49,703 bases of DNA, filler included, from 13 parts of 13 records of this genome joined end to end with filler, not necessarily neighbours in it; one strand, 5' to 3'; shown: positions 32,694-45,291, counted from the whole stretch's first letter. Program-made: numbers and translations. Notes: generated by a model not told the origin, from the sequence alone.

Positions 32694-35326
32694 ACTGGCA
32701 GAACGGCGTGTACCTGCTTTTCATCGTGCTCTGCATCATGTCGGCCAAGGTCATCTTCAAGTGGAGCCTGGACTTCAGCCACGCGAAAAGCCACGGCGTG
32801 GGGCACGGCGACAGCTTCAAGTTTGCGCTCGCCGGCAAGGACGTGACTGGCACCAAGGCAGGCGGCCCCGCGCAGGCCGGATACGGCGACGATGCGTCCT
32901 CGGCGCCCGCGAAGGACGGCGCGGCCCTGCAGAACACGGTATCTCGCGCCGCGGGAGACGCGAGCCACTACACCAAGCCAAAAAAGTTCAGCGACGAACA
33001 CATCGACGCGGAGCCGATGGAGGGCAACCCAGAGGACGCGAGCGTTACCCCTAGCGGCGTTACGGTGAACCTGCAGGCGGGACGATCTGAGACTCTGTGG
33101 GCCCGCTCGCTGAAGAGCCCCGCGCTGCTGATCGCGCTGGCGGGCTATCTGTTCGCCGTGACGACAATTTGCGTGTCCAGTATCACCGAGTTTACCACAC
33201 CCACGGATGCCTATCTCCACGTTGGCTTCGGGACGCAGTTCACGAAGGACGGAGTGTCAGCGCGCCTGCAGAACATCGGTGGCGCGATCGTGTGGCAGAT
33301 CATCGGTGTGCTGCTGATGACCATCTCGCAGTCCGTGATTCGCCACGTCACTTTCGGAGACATCGACCTCGTTGGCGAGATTACCGGCCACACCCACCAA
33401 GCGAAGCAGCAGGGCTACGGTATGAACGTCTCAGCAGCGATCATCGAAGCGGGAGCGATCATCTCCGCAGGCCTGGTGGCGGCCGCAAACGTGTACGGTG
33501 CCCCAAAGGGGTTTGGCGAAGACCTCGTCTCTGTCGGGATTTTCTTCGTGCTCTCGCAGCTGGGATTCATCATCTACACTAAGGTTTTTGACTGCTTCTA
33601 CATCAACAACACGATTCAGGAGGCTGTCACCAAGAAGTTGGACGAGCAGTATCAAATTCCGTTTCCCCACAGCCAGAAAAAGGGCGATCGCGGCAACGTC
33701 GCGGTGGCGATTTCTTACTCGTGCATGATGGTGTCCTTTGCGATGCTATTATCCAATGCCGTGTACAAATCTTACGAGCTGGCCAACTTTGGCATCTGGT
33801 TCGTCGGTGGCGGTGCACTGCAGCTGATGATGCGAGAGGTGCTCGACAGGCTCATTGCACCGAGGCGAGATCTTGACGACGCGCTGGACCACAAGCATAA
33901 CTGGGGCTTTGCCTGCGTAATCGGCGCGCTCCAGCTTTCGATCTCCCGCGTGCTGGCCTCGCTCATGGAAGACACGTGCATGGATTTTAAGTACACGGAG
34001 GGTCCCGGCGGCCCTACCGCGGAAGAAATCGCCGTCTGCAGTGGTCAGCCGACTGGCGTATGTGAGCCCTGCGGCAAGACTGTCGCCTCATGCACCAGTG
34101 AAACGGACGCATCCTGTGCAACGGCGTTCGCAAGAGCGCCGAACGCCACGTCTGAGAGCTGCGCCCCTGGCTGCACTTTCACCCCATTCGGCACGGAGTG
34201 CGCGACTCGCGAGGGTGCCTGCGCGATGCCAGACACCGAGTGCTTTGCTTTTGTCGGCGCCAGCCAGCTTGGCCTGGTCGACTCTCTGATGCAGTACGAG
34301 CAGATGCTCTCGCTGTTTCAAACACAGAATCTGCTTGCGCTAGGCATCATTCTGGTCTTCCTGTTCCTCGCCAAGTACACCTACCAGATTACCTATGCCC
34401 TCAGGCTCAAAGCCTGGAAAGAAGGAGACCAGTTCCAGCTCATGACGCAGATCTGCGAAGAGGGCAACTCAGCCATCGCCATTTCGTTCTCCGGGTACTT
34501 GTTCGGTATCGGCACATTGCTGTCTGGCCTGTTTCGCGATCTGCGACAGCTTGGGATGGGTGTCGATGCTGTGCAGGATCAGACGTTCAATGCCGAGAAG
34601 GCAGAAGGCTTTGACCAGTTCACGTCAGATATCGTATGGGTTGGCATTGGCTTCGGAATGATGCTGGTAGTCCAGGTCATCAACGACTTTGTCATCTTCC
34701 ACCAGTACAACAACGCAGTGGAGCTTTACGGCGTGACCGACAAGGACGGCAAGGTCACAGGTGCCAAGAATGTCGCGCTGGCATGTGTGGAGGCCGGCCA
34801 TTTCATCGGCGCTTCTTTTATCATTGCTGCGTGCATCCAGGCCGAAAATATCGCGCTTGGCTGTGTCTTTTTCCTCATCGGCGAGGTCTGCTTGTGCCTT
34901 TGGAGTGTCGCGTACGAGTGCACAACCAAGTACAACGATCGCGCTGCAATCCAAGGCAGGAACGTAGCCGCCGGACTGAACTGGGGCCTGAACCTCGTGG
35001 CGATGGGACTGCTGTTGAGCCGCGCGCTCTACAACTCCAACTCAGTGATTGTGTTCCTGGTCTGGTTTGTGTGCGGCACAACAGTGATGCTGGTCGTCCG
35101 TAAATTCATCGACCACTGCGTCTTCCCAGAGATCGACCTGGACAGCGAGCTTAGCAACCTGGACCACGCCGAAGATGAAACGAAGGAGGAGGAGCAAGCA
35201 CTCGCGAAGTCGGCCAGCTCCGAAAATTGGGGTATGGCGCTTATCGCAGGCACAATGACGATTTCGTTTGTGCAGTGCCTCAACACGTTTTTGCGCGACT
35301 GCCCCTTCGAAGAAAATCTGTGGTGA
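32694..35326 (+). CDS. Polytopic membrane protein built from tandem DUF350-like repeats; 5' exon(s) missing
   Basis: Acceptor CTAAC..CTGCAG ends at 32693. Repeated D/N-L..EI..(G)N.A.A units (NVSAAIIEAG, GNVAVAI, HNWGFA, GNSAIAI, KNVALACVEAG, RNVAAG, ENWGMAL) form two homologous halves around a Cys-rich linker. Confidence 0.8.
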
Positions 35327-35482
35327 TCGGGCTGTCTAATCCTAGAGCAGTCGAAGTCGGCGCGTTGTGTCACGTGAGTTCGCAACAATTTGTGGGCCAC
35401 AAAAATAAATACAACGAGTCTACAACTAGTAGCGTAGATAGATATATACTATACATGTATACTATATACTATAAATGTTCAT

Positions 35483-36649
35483 TCAGCAGCATGGGTCACA
35501 CGCGATGGGACTGCAACGTTCTATCCGTACAGGCAAGCTCAGCGTGCGCGGTCGGAGAAGCCCACAGCATCCACACCGTGCAGCACCGCCAGCTGTCCCG
35601 CCAGCTAGCTCGGGCTGGAGTGACACATTCGGGTAACAGAGCATGACCGCCGACGCTTTCAGCGCTTCTGCATAGGGTTCAGGCTGCGTTTGGGAACGCA
35701 GGCTTGGAGCCGGCGCCCCAGATCCACATCCCACAGCGGCGGATGGCTCCGGAGGAACGCCTTCTTGCACCAGCCACTTGTCAGCCACCACCGTCGCCGC
35801 ACAAGGTCGTGTGGCGGGGTCGCGCTGCAGCAGTGCCCTGACCATGGCGGCGGCTTCGGGCGAGACTCCCGGCGGGAACTGTAGCGACGCAGGGTCGCAT
35901 TCGTCGTATGCGGCTCTGACCGCATCGCACGTCGCCTGACTGTTGAGAGCCGTCAGCGGGGGCCGCGCAAACGGAAAGTGGCCGGCGAGCATGGTATACA
36001 GGAGCACGCCCAAGCTAAACATGTCCGCTTTCCCGGCGTCATAATCAGCGCCTTCCTGAACCGCCTCTGGCGCGACGTAGTTGTCTGTGCCGACGGTCTC
36101 CGTCCTGCTCGGGCGCGTTGTAGCGCAGCCGAAGTCGCAGAGCCATAGTATCGGGTCCGGTGTCATGCCAGGACGTAGCTGCAATAACACATTCTCCATC
36201 TTCAAGTCGCCGTGGTACACTCCACGGGAGTGGCAGTGCGCCACAGCCAGCATGATCTGGCGAAAGAAACCGCGGGCTTTAGCCTCGGTCAACTTGCCGC
36301 CGCTGGACGACAACGCCTGTTCGAGGTCGGGGCCGAGTGCGACTCCACTCGCAGCCAGTGGCATGACAAGGCACGTCCACTGCCCAACGCGCTCCACCTC
36401 CAGCAGGGTAACTATGTTGGCGTGAGCGCAGGTGACACTCAGGGTTTCGACCTCGGAGTCAATAAGCTCCTGGCGCACTCGCCCACCCGAGATGCACTTG
36501 ATGGCCACATCCCCAGTGCGCGCAGCCTCGGGGTCCGAAGGACTTGCCCGCCATATGCTGGCGGCGCTACCTCGCGCGACAGCTTCCGAGAGTGTGTATC
36601 GCCCCACGACCGCGCCAGCACGCGGCCTCCAGCTGGAGGAGCCGGCCAT
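35483..36649 (-). CDS. Ser/Thr protein kinase, CAMK/SnRK-like, non-RD
   Basis: VAIK, HANIVTL, YHGDLKMEN, CDFG, GTDNYVAPE, DMFSLGV, DPATRP. Start (ATG 36649) and C-terminus are uncertain. Confidence 0.85.
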   Translation of the reverse strand: MAGSSSWRPRAGAVVGRYTLSEAVARGSAASIWRASPSDPEAARTGDVAIKCISGGRVRQELIDSEVETLSVTCAHANIVTLLEVERVGQWTCLVMPLAASGVALGPDLEQALSSSGGKLTEAKARGFFRQIMLAVAHCHSRGVYHGDLKMENVLLQLRPGMTPDPILWLCDFGCATTRPSRTETVGTDNYVAPEAVQEGADYDAGKADMFSLGVLLYTMLAGHFPFARPPLTALNSQATCDAVRAAYDECDPASLQFPPGVSPEAAAMVRALLQRDPATRPCAATVVADKWLVQEGVPPEPSAAVGCGSGAPAPSLRSQTQPEPYAEALKASAVMLCYPNVSLQPELAGGTAGGAARCGCCGLLRPRTLSLPVRIERCSPIACDPCC

Positions 36650-36792
36650 GGAAGCTATTAGATCTAGTATCCAGCTGGAGCCGTACTCACGCCCTCCGCT
36701 CAACCTCAGGTGCTGCGTGGTGGAGCCAGCCACCGCCACCCCGTCAGTGCACCCGCGCCCAGCCCATCCAACGGACTCCCTCCTCCCCCGCT

Positions 36793-36892
36793 NNNNNNNN
36801 NNNNNNNNNNNNNNNNNNNNNNNNNNNNNNNNNNNNTTAATTAATTAANNNNNNNNNNNNNNNNNNNNNNNNNNNNNNNNNNNNNNNNNNNN
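36793..36892. other. Artificial contig spacer
   Basis: N44-TTAATTAATTAA-N44. Confidence 0.99.
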
Positions 36893-37075
36893 GGTGGTGG
36901 TGGTGGTGGTGGTCTCAAAACCTCTTGACCATAGTATCATACGGTAGAGTGCACTGTAGTAGGTACAGCTGTATAGGGATCCCTACTAGATCTAGTGGTG
37001 GTGTTGTTTGTTTTCTTCCTCTGGGTCGGCGGCGGGTGCGGTGGTGTCGGTGGCGCGGCGTCCCGTCCGGATCGC

Positions 37076-39903
37076 ATGGGGTGCTGCGGCAGCAAGCAGG
37101 ATGCGACCGGTGCGTACGGAGAGGGTGCGGCGCCGAGGGCGGCGGTGGCGGCGCCGCCACGGCAGTCGGCGCCGCAGGTGCGGAAGGGCTCCGTGGCGAT
37201 GTTCAGCGAGAACGTAAGGCACGCGCGTGCGGTTGGGATTGCGATTGTGCCAGCTTGGTTTAGAGGCATATGAGCCATAGATTGGCGGCCGGTCAGTTCT
37301 CTGTGCTCGCGCGACTCTCTCTCTCTCTCGCCGCGTGTCGCTCTCCTGTCTTGCTGTCTTGGAGAGACATTTGATCATTGTTACTAACACAATCGGCGAT
37401 CGGAATCTCGCAGGCCCAGGAATTGCAGAAGCAGCCGCAGAAGACCTGGGAGAAGACCAGACGTCAGCCGGTGCGTGGGGAGAGCTTCAAGCCCGAGCGG
37501 CAGGCGCAGGGTCGGCGCGCGAGCGTCGTGTGCGTCCTCAAGGACGCTGGGGACGAGGATTTCATCTGCAGCTGCCTGGGCGATCACCCGCTGTTTTCGC
37601 ACCTGGCCCGGCCGCAGATAGCCGAAATTGCGAGCGTGATGGAGACGGTGGCCTATCCCAAGGGCGCGTGCATCTATCACTCGTGGGAACACGGTGATGC
37701 GTTCTTCCTCATCCGAAAAGGGCAAGTGAAGTTCACTCAGTCCGAGCAGGACGTGTTGCCGTTGATCCCGGGGGCTTCGCCCGGAAGGAAGATGAGCGTG
37801 AACATGGCGGCTCTGCCAAAGCCAGGCGGCGAGGTCGAAGACCGCATCAATACGCAGCCGATCATGGGTGCCACTGAAGTAGACAAAGCGTCCCTAGCTG
37901 ATGGCGGCGACATGAAGCTTGGTGAGGGCAGTGCATTCGGCGAGCTGGCGGGCGTCTGGAGTTCTCGACGCGGGTTCACCGCGACGTCGCTTGACCAGTG
38001 CGAGATGTTCACCATCGACCGCGAAGCTCTACGTCGCTCGATTACGCAAGGGTTTGCTACGCGCCGGGCTGCACTCTGCACGCGATTTGCCAAGGTGAAG
38101 CTGTTTGCGGAGCTGGAGAAGGTCGCGTCGGTGAAACTGGACCTGCTCAGTCTCGCGGACGTCATGGCGGAGACTACGTATAGGGAGAACGACATATTGT
38201 GCAGCGCAGGGAAACCAATGGACACGTTCTTCATCATTTCCAAAGGTGAAGTAGATCTTAAAATTGATGGGGTCGATGGAGAGACAACCCTCAGTCGCAG
38301 CGACTATTTGGGTGAGGCCGGACTGGTGAATGGTGGCCTGCAGTGGTCCGTGACTGCGAAGTGCTTAGGCGAAGTGGTAGTGAAGTCTATCACGCGGAGC
38401 ATGTTTCAGAGCAAGTTCGGGACGAGTCCGGGAGAGTCCGGCCCTGCTGTGCCCGCGTTGACTGGCAGCACACTGGACGCGCGTGAGGGATATCTAATCG
38501 CGGCTGCAGACGCCGACGTGCCGGCGCCGCTGCAAGGGCGCATGTACTCCGAGTTCCAACGTGGGAAGACTGCGATTAAGGGTGGCCCGAGGGCAAAGCA
38601 CGATACATCAGGGTTGGCAGAGTCTGACCCTGCGGAGGACGCAACGTCTCCGAAAGCACGATCTGAGCTGGATTCCAAAAAGCTAAGGAATACGGATTTT
38701 GAGTGGCACGTTGAGCTCAATGGTGGCAGTGAACGTGAAAGCCGAGAGAGACTGGTGGGTTCAGCTTACTGGGCAGGTCATGAGGGCTGGCGTGCTGGGG
38801 TGCGCGCATATATGTGCACATTGAAAGGTGGCGATGGCACCGTGTACGCAGTGCGCGTTTATGACAAAGCGGCCCTGTGGCACGGAAATGGCCTGAACGA
38901 AGCCCGAGAGGAGCTAAACATTCTGAAAGACCTCAACCACCCCAGGCTTCTGAAGGTGAACAATGTATTTATGGACGATCGACTCATGTTTTACGTCATG
39001 CCAATGATAATCGGGACGACAGTTGGTGCCCTGATGAAGGAGCAGCGCTTCAAGTACATCCCAGAGAATTGGGCGAAGCACTATGCCGTGCAAACAGTCA
39101 GTGCTATCAAATACCTCCACTGCAAAGGACTCGTGCACCGGAATATCTACCCCGATTCTATGCTACTGGATGGTGAAGGTTGGATTGTAGTGGGTGGTAC
39201 GATGTTTACACGGAAGCCCCGGCCAAATGCACGACTGTGGACGATCTGTGGCGTTCCGGACTATCTCTCCCCAGAGGTGCTCCAAGGGTTTGGCCACTCT
39301 CGGATGTCCGATATCTGGGCACTGGGCGTCCTTGTCCACGAGATGTGCACGAACAAGGTCCCGTTTGATGGGTAAGTCAAACATTTTCCATCCAAAATCC
39401 CGCGAGCAGTGCATCCAATTAATGTGGCAACCAAACCCAATTTTGGGCTGCAGTCCATCACGTGCATATCAGTAGATCAATCGACCAGTCGGCTGACTAA
39501 TGTGCGCTGCTTGTGCGAATACTCCTACAGAGAGGACCCGCTTGACGCGATGCGCCTGATTCTCACGAACGAGTCCAATCTAATCGTCCAAGGGAATGCC
39601 CTCGATCTCGTGCGGAAGCTGCTCAATCCAATCCCAACCGAGCGGCTGGGCTTCGCAGGTGGCTTCTCCGCCGATAAAATCGGCGCCGCGCTCGATCAAA
39701 TCGTCAGTCATGAATGGTTCTCGGACCTCGACGTGGCTGCGATTATGGCAGGCGAAGGCGAAACGCCTAAGATTCCACCCAAAATCCCTTTGAACGAGTT
39801 GCTTGGGCAGAAGGTTGACGAGCTGCCGTGGTCCATGGGATCCACCTTCTTATCGAAAGAAAGACTTTCTGCAGAACAGCAGGAGACATTTGCCGACTGG
39901 TAG
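37076..39903 (+). CDS. PKG-like protein: acylation motif, 2 cyclic-nucleotide-binding domains, AGC-type pseudokinase domain (3 exons)
   Basis: Exons 37076-37213, 37414-39371, 39531-39903 with GTAAG donors and a TACTAAC branch point. MGCCGSK; GDAFFLIRKGQV..AFGELA; FFIISKGEV..YLGEAG; WTICGVPDYLSPEV, SDIWALGV; AGC tail TFADW. Confidence 0.9.
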
Positions 39904-40609
39904 TTGTCGATATCCATGATTTGCAGTGACCAGGCGTACCAATGGTGAGGTATGCTGTTGTGTGGTACTGGCAGCAGCCTTGCATTGGGCGGCTGCCTTG
40001 TGTACGTACGTCTAGCGCAAGAGCTACCGATCGATAGGTAAAGGAGTCGGTATTGCTATTCCCCACTCCAGGCAAACAGCCTTTCGCATGACCGGGTAAT
40101 TAATGCTACCCAGGTGCAATACTAGAAACATCTATGAAAAACGGTCGATATTGGCAATACGATCTACCCTCCAAACGCTGCTCTCCTCATCCACTGCCTA
40201 TGCCTCACTGCGCATGCTTTCGCCTCACTATCTTGCCACGCGAACGCCGCATCGCTCGCTATCCGCCCATAGAGCCATAGTGTCGCTAGCTTTGCCACCT
40301 TCTCGCACGCCACAATGCGAGAGCCGCTGCGCTCTTCCTCCTCCTCGCTTGTGATACCCTACCTTCACTCTATGAGCATGTTAGTAACATGTTCAGAGTG
40401 TGTGTGGAAGGTAGGGTGTCAGCGTGTCACAGAGCGCGCAAAGTAATGCATCATTCCCAGCGAGTTCGCGACGGGCGGCGAGGGTGGCTCCAACTCCCGC
40501 CACACAAATTTCCCTCCAGCCACCCAAGACATCCCCGAGCGGTTTGCGCGGGCTGCCGCATCTCTATACCTGCTACCCATACGCTGGCCCTCTGCTGTCT
40601 AGCCGCCAA

Positions 40610-40709
40610 NNNNNNNNNNNNNNNNNNNNNNNNNNNNNNNNNNNNNNNNNNNNTTAATTAATTAANNNNNNNNNNNNNNNNNNNNNNNNNNNNNNNNNNN
40701 NNNNNNNNN
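40610..40709. other. Artificial contig spacer
   Basis: N44-TTAATTAATTAA-N44. Confidence 0.99.
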
Positions 40710-40755
40710 CAGCCTTTTCAAAAAGCCCAATGCCGGCGCACGTGGCAGGGCCGCG

Positions 40756-40815
40756 GCCCACCCCAGAACACTTTAGTTTCCGCGAGCCCACCCCCGGAAC
40801 ACTTTAGTTTCCGCG
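40756..40815 (+). repeat. Direct tandem repeat (about 30 bp x2) upstream of the sedolisin gene
   Basis: gcccacccc(c)[a/g]gaacactttagtttccgcg occurs twice. Confidence 0.9.
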
Positions 40816-40995
40816 GGTGGGCCGCGGCGTGTCGCCTTTCTTTACCTTGCGGCGGTCTCATCTTGCCAACGGCGGCGATTCGGCCAGTCTGAATTCTTGA
40901 TTCAGGCGGCACAGCTCGCGCAGGCTGTGGGCCGGCGCCGGCGCGCGCCGGTGGCTGTGAGTCAGTGCTTCAGCCGTCCACCCACCTACCCAACC

Positions 40996-43174
40996 ATGCT
41001 GAAGCTTCTCCTTGCTGCCACGCTGATGGGCGCCGCCACCACCGCCAGCGCTGCTGCTCCCGCCGCTGCTGCGAGCGAAGACGCTGACAGCATGCAGAAT
41101 GGTTGGTTCGTTGTGGACCAGGCTGTCAGCGACACAGATGAGGTCAGCGCCCTGTCCCTCTTCCTCGCAGCGAGCGCATGGCCACAGGCAGAGCAGCGCA
41201 GAGCACCCTGTATCGTACTAACGCCCATGACCATGTCCCGGGGGGACTCTGTTGCGTGCGTGCATGCAGGTGACGGTGACGATCGTCGTCGAAGAGCAGG
41301 GCGCCGAGGAGATCCGGCGCATCGCCACTGCAGTGTCCGACCCGAGCTCTCCAGAATACGGCAACTTCTTGAGCAGCGAGGAGATCCTGCGCAAGACGGC
41401 GCCGAAGTCCGAAGATATGGACGCGGTCACTGACTGGCTGGATGCGGCAGGTGTCGGCTATCAGACCCGCCACTCCAACGTTGTGTCGACCATGCCCGTC
41501 TCCGTCGCATCCGAGCTGTTCTCCACCAGTTTTCACGTCGTGGGACACCTCGCGCACCCACGCCTGCTCCTTCGTGCCACTACCGACTACAGCCTCCCCA
41601 CTGAGGTTGCGGGCTCCATCATGACGGTTTTTGGACTGCGTGGACTGCCGCTGCCGCCACGCTCTGGCAAGGAGCTGGAGATCGCGTCCCACGGGCCATT
41701 CCCACGCATGCCGGCTAACGTCACTCCGGCTGTGATTGCCGAAACGTATGGCATCAAGGGCGTCAAGGTCTCTCCCGAGTCCAAGACACGCCAGGCAGTG
41801 GCGGAATTTCAGGGCCAGTTCATGAACTCGACGGATCTCGCAGTCATGTTCGCAGATTACGTCAGCGACTACAAGGTCGGTACGGACGATGTCGTTTCCA
41901 AGTTCTTCGGCGAGCACAAGGAGAACTCGCAGGGCGTGGAGGCTGAGCTAGACATCCAGTACATCATGAGCCCGGCTGTGGGCATCAAGACTGAGTTCTG
42001 GGAGTTCCCTGGCAATGACTTCGGATCCGATCTGAACCAGTGGACTTCCAATCTCACCACCGCTGGTGGCTCCGTGCCGATTGTTCACAGCGTCTCCTAC
42101 GGATGGCAGGGCAACTTGTCTCAGATTAACGTGAAAGACTCTGACGTCGAGATAGTTGACTCGAATTTGCAGAAAATGGCGGCCATGGGCATGAGCGTAA
42201 TGATCTCGTCAGGTGACTCAGGCTCAGGCTACACTCCAGGTCCGACCGACTCCTGCACCAGCGTGTTCGAAGTGAAGCCAGGTACTGCCGTCACAGGCGA
42301 GGAGATCCCGATCGGGACGGAACGGGTGGTCACCGAGGCAGAGTGTTGTGACCTCGCTACTGAGCACCACGCCAAGGCGTTCACTTTTGCGGGCCACTTC
42401 CTCTTTCCACGCCTCGACAAGTGCACCCTCTTCAGTTCGATAACTGGTCACAAGCTCGCCAATCGCCAGACAATTAGCGGTACTTATCGAGGAGATGCCC
42501 CAACACCCGCTCTGTGGCCGTCCTGGCCAGCTTCCTCGCCGTGGGTCACCGCTGTCGGCGCGACCCGTTTCATTGGCCAGGAGGTCGGCAACGCTGAGAT
42601 GGCCACCGACCAGTTCGGCTCTGGAGGTGGATTTTCCAAACAGTTTGACCAGACTAACGCTGCGTGGCAGGCTGCGGCCACCGCTAAATACCTCGAGACT
42701 GCCCCAGGGCTTCCGCCACCGGGTGCTTACGCAGCGAAGGGTCGAGGCACTCCAGATGTCTCTGCGCTCGGGGAAGGCTATCAAGTAATCGTGGGTGGGC
42801 GCCCGACTTCCGTTGGTGGCACGTCTGCTTCCTCTCCAGCCTTCGCTTCCATGGTGTCGCTGCTCAACGAAGCCCGCATGCAGGCGGGCAAGAAACCGAT
42901 GGGATGCCTGAACCCTTTTATCTGTAAGTTGCATGCTAGCGTTGTCACTGCAACGCTCTGTCACTCCTTTCCTTTCCTCATTGGGCTGTCGACTTAATGT
43001 CCGTGCGCAGACCAGAATACTGATGCTTTCACAGATATTACGGTCGGCTCGAACAAGGTCGGACGTGGTGGCGAAAAGCTTGCCTACGGCTGGAACTGCT
43101 CAACTGGCTGGGACCCGGTCACTGGCGTTGGCACACCGATGTTCGGCAAACTCCTATCCGCAGCAATGAAGTAA
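40996..43174 (+). CDS. Sedolisin / tripeptidyl-peptidase I-like S53 protease (3 exons)
   Basis: Exons 40996-41142, 41270-42923, 43011-43174. Signal peptide; prodomain VSDPSSPEYGNFLS; catalytic EAELD, SSGDSG, GGTSASSP; Ca site DITVGSN..GWDPVTGVGTP. Confidence 0.93.
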
Positions 43175-43305
43175 GGGGTTCCATCGCGACTTTGAATTCA
43201 TCACACCACTAGTGCCGCTTTGGTTGAGTTGTTAATTCCAACTGACATCAAATTAGCCGACCAATATGATGTAAATACATTCGAATATTCACGGTACAGT
43301 GCACC

Positions 43306-45254
43306 TCAAAGCAGGTCGAGGACGCTCTTGGCCTTCGACTTGTCTTTTTTCTTAGCCTTCTTTTTACCACCGTTCTTCCCTCGCTTTGCGCTTCGCTTTG
43401 CGCTTGCCTGATGTTGCGGCACGCCGCCCACAAAGATATCATGGACAACGCCACGGCTAATATCGGCCGTCCACGACTCTACAACCTCTCCATCCGCGAC
43501 TGCCTTGAAAACATCACCATCATTCACCCGAAACCGTTCGCCAGCACCGGGCTCGATGGAGCCGCACGACTCCCAGCGAAGCTTCGGTCCGCCCTCGTCG
43601 CCCTCGGAGGCGGCCGTAGAGACCGCGTTGCGCTGTAGCTGGCACTGGATCTCCAAGTGCGAGCGACGGTTGTTGTGGACCCAGTTGATCACCTCACCAG
43701 GCCCCCACTCTATGCTCTGCCGGTTTTTTGGTGGCATGAGGTGCAAGTCCCCTACGTCTTCGCGACTCATCAAGTCAGCCCCGCACGCCACACGTACTTT
43801 GTCCTTGATGAACTGGTGCACGGCCACCTTGGTACTGAACGTATCCCCTGAGCAAGTACAAAACCGCGACGGGTGATGAGTCCCAGGCACAACGGGCACG
43901 GGCAGAGTGTCGCATTGTCAGATTGGGTGTGCCTCACAATTTACGTGCAGTGCCTCAAGCAGTCGCACGAGTGTTTTTTTGCGGTATCCATCACTACCAA
44001 TCTCACCGCTATAAAACCACAGCATTACCTCGTACAGTGACCCGCCTTGGATCGACTCTGTCAGCGTGCGTTGCTGTCCGTCGCCATATCCAAACGAAAA
44101 GACTATCCGTGGGTGCGTTTCATATTTGTCGTGGAACGCAGCGATGGGCACATTGAAGTGATAGTCCATCTCCATCTGATTGCTGCCCGTGTCGCCACAC
44201 TTGAGCAGCATTCCATCGCCGATCACGGCAGTCATCGGGTACGGCCCGTCTCCCGTGTTGATTCGGTGCAGCAGTGCCTCCGTTACAATTTGGATGTCTC
44301 TCTGCGCTGAGGATGCATCAACCTTGAACTGCTGCTGCGGCCATGGCTCTGCCTCGTACTTTTCCTCCAGAGTTGTGAACAGTGCCCTTGCGGTGTACCG
44401 GAAGCCATGAATGAAGCCTCCCGCAGCCCGCTTGTGGTCGCGGCCGTGGCTAGCGGCCCCAGCGAAGTAGAGGTTCTTGACATTTACACTTTCCCATTCT
44501 GCAGTCAGTGCAGGGAACTTGCGGTTCGGCTGCAGCTGCGGCTGAACCTGTGAGCTGTACATCCTTGTATCGATGTGCCAGCCCAAACAGCGGATAAGAT
44601 GGTCATATACGTGCGGGTAACTACGTCCTTGGCGTTTTGAGAGTTCCACAAACTCGTCTATGTTGTCTTCCGTGATCGCTTCCGGCAAGGCCAGCGACGA
44701 AACGGCCTCGCTGTTATGAGCGCTCGCAGTCACAACAATGCCATCCGGTCCACGAAGGTCGACCTCCACATCTTGCCTGTACCCAATTTTCTGGTCCACA
44801 ATATAACGCTGGATCGATTGGTAGAACTGGCCGGAGCGACGATCAGCCGTGGGGAATGTCGGGATGATGATGGCGTTGAATACTGTGCCATTGGCGAGCT
44901 CGACGGGCTTCGTGTTCATGAGACAAAACTGAGACTTGCCGGGCCCGCACTTCCGTACTGCCGCGCCTTTTGCGTACACTCCCGCGTTGCCATCGGCCAG
45001 CCCACCATCGAGCGACTTCAGCAGGTAAGCATCGAAAATCTCAGCATTGGTAGCGCGGATGGCTCCTGGGTATCGCGCCTCCCACGATGTGAGAGGGTGT
45101 TCCTTGTACTTGCTACCGCCGAACACGTGGACGAACTGAGCGTACGGCATCAACGCCTTGCTCGTTTCCATTCCAGCATTGCCCATGCCGAACACCACAA
45201 TAGACTTGTTTTCGAACACTGCTTCCGTCTGTGCCTCAGGAGGCAGGTCGTCGT
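43306..45254 (-). CDS. FOXRED2-like FAD-dependent oxidoreductase; 5' partial
   Basis: Exons 45254-43938 and 43847-43306 (intron GTGAGG..CTCAG). VFGMGNAGMET, RYPGAIRATN..DAYLLKSLDG, YDHLIRCLGW, NLYFAGAASHGRD..AGGFIHGFRYTARAL. Confidence 0.85.
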
Positions 45255-45261
45255 CTGATGT

Positions 45262-45291
45262 GCAGCAGCAGCAGCAGCACCAGCACCAGCA
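45262..45291. repeat. (CAG)n/(CAGCAC)n microsatellite at the contig end
   Basis: gcagcagcagcagcagcaccagcaccagca. Confidence 0.85.

Noticed and set aside
39950-40609. Non-coding stretches that might be transposon remnants (also 3711-4200, 12060-12330, 15120-15450)
   Set aside because: No terminal repeats, target-site duplications or transposase motifs could be identified by eye.
40756-40815. Two-copy 30-bp repeat as a CRISPR-like array
   Set aside because: Only two adjacent copies, no unique spacers and no cas genes, in a eukaryotic context.
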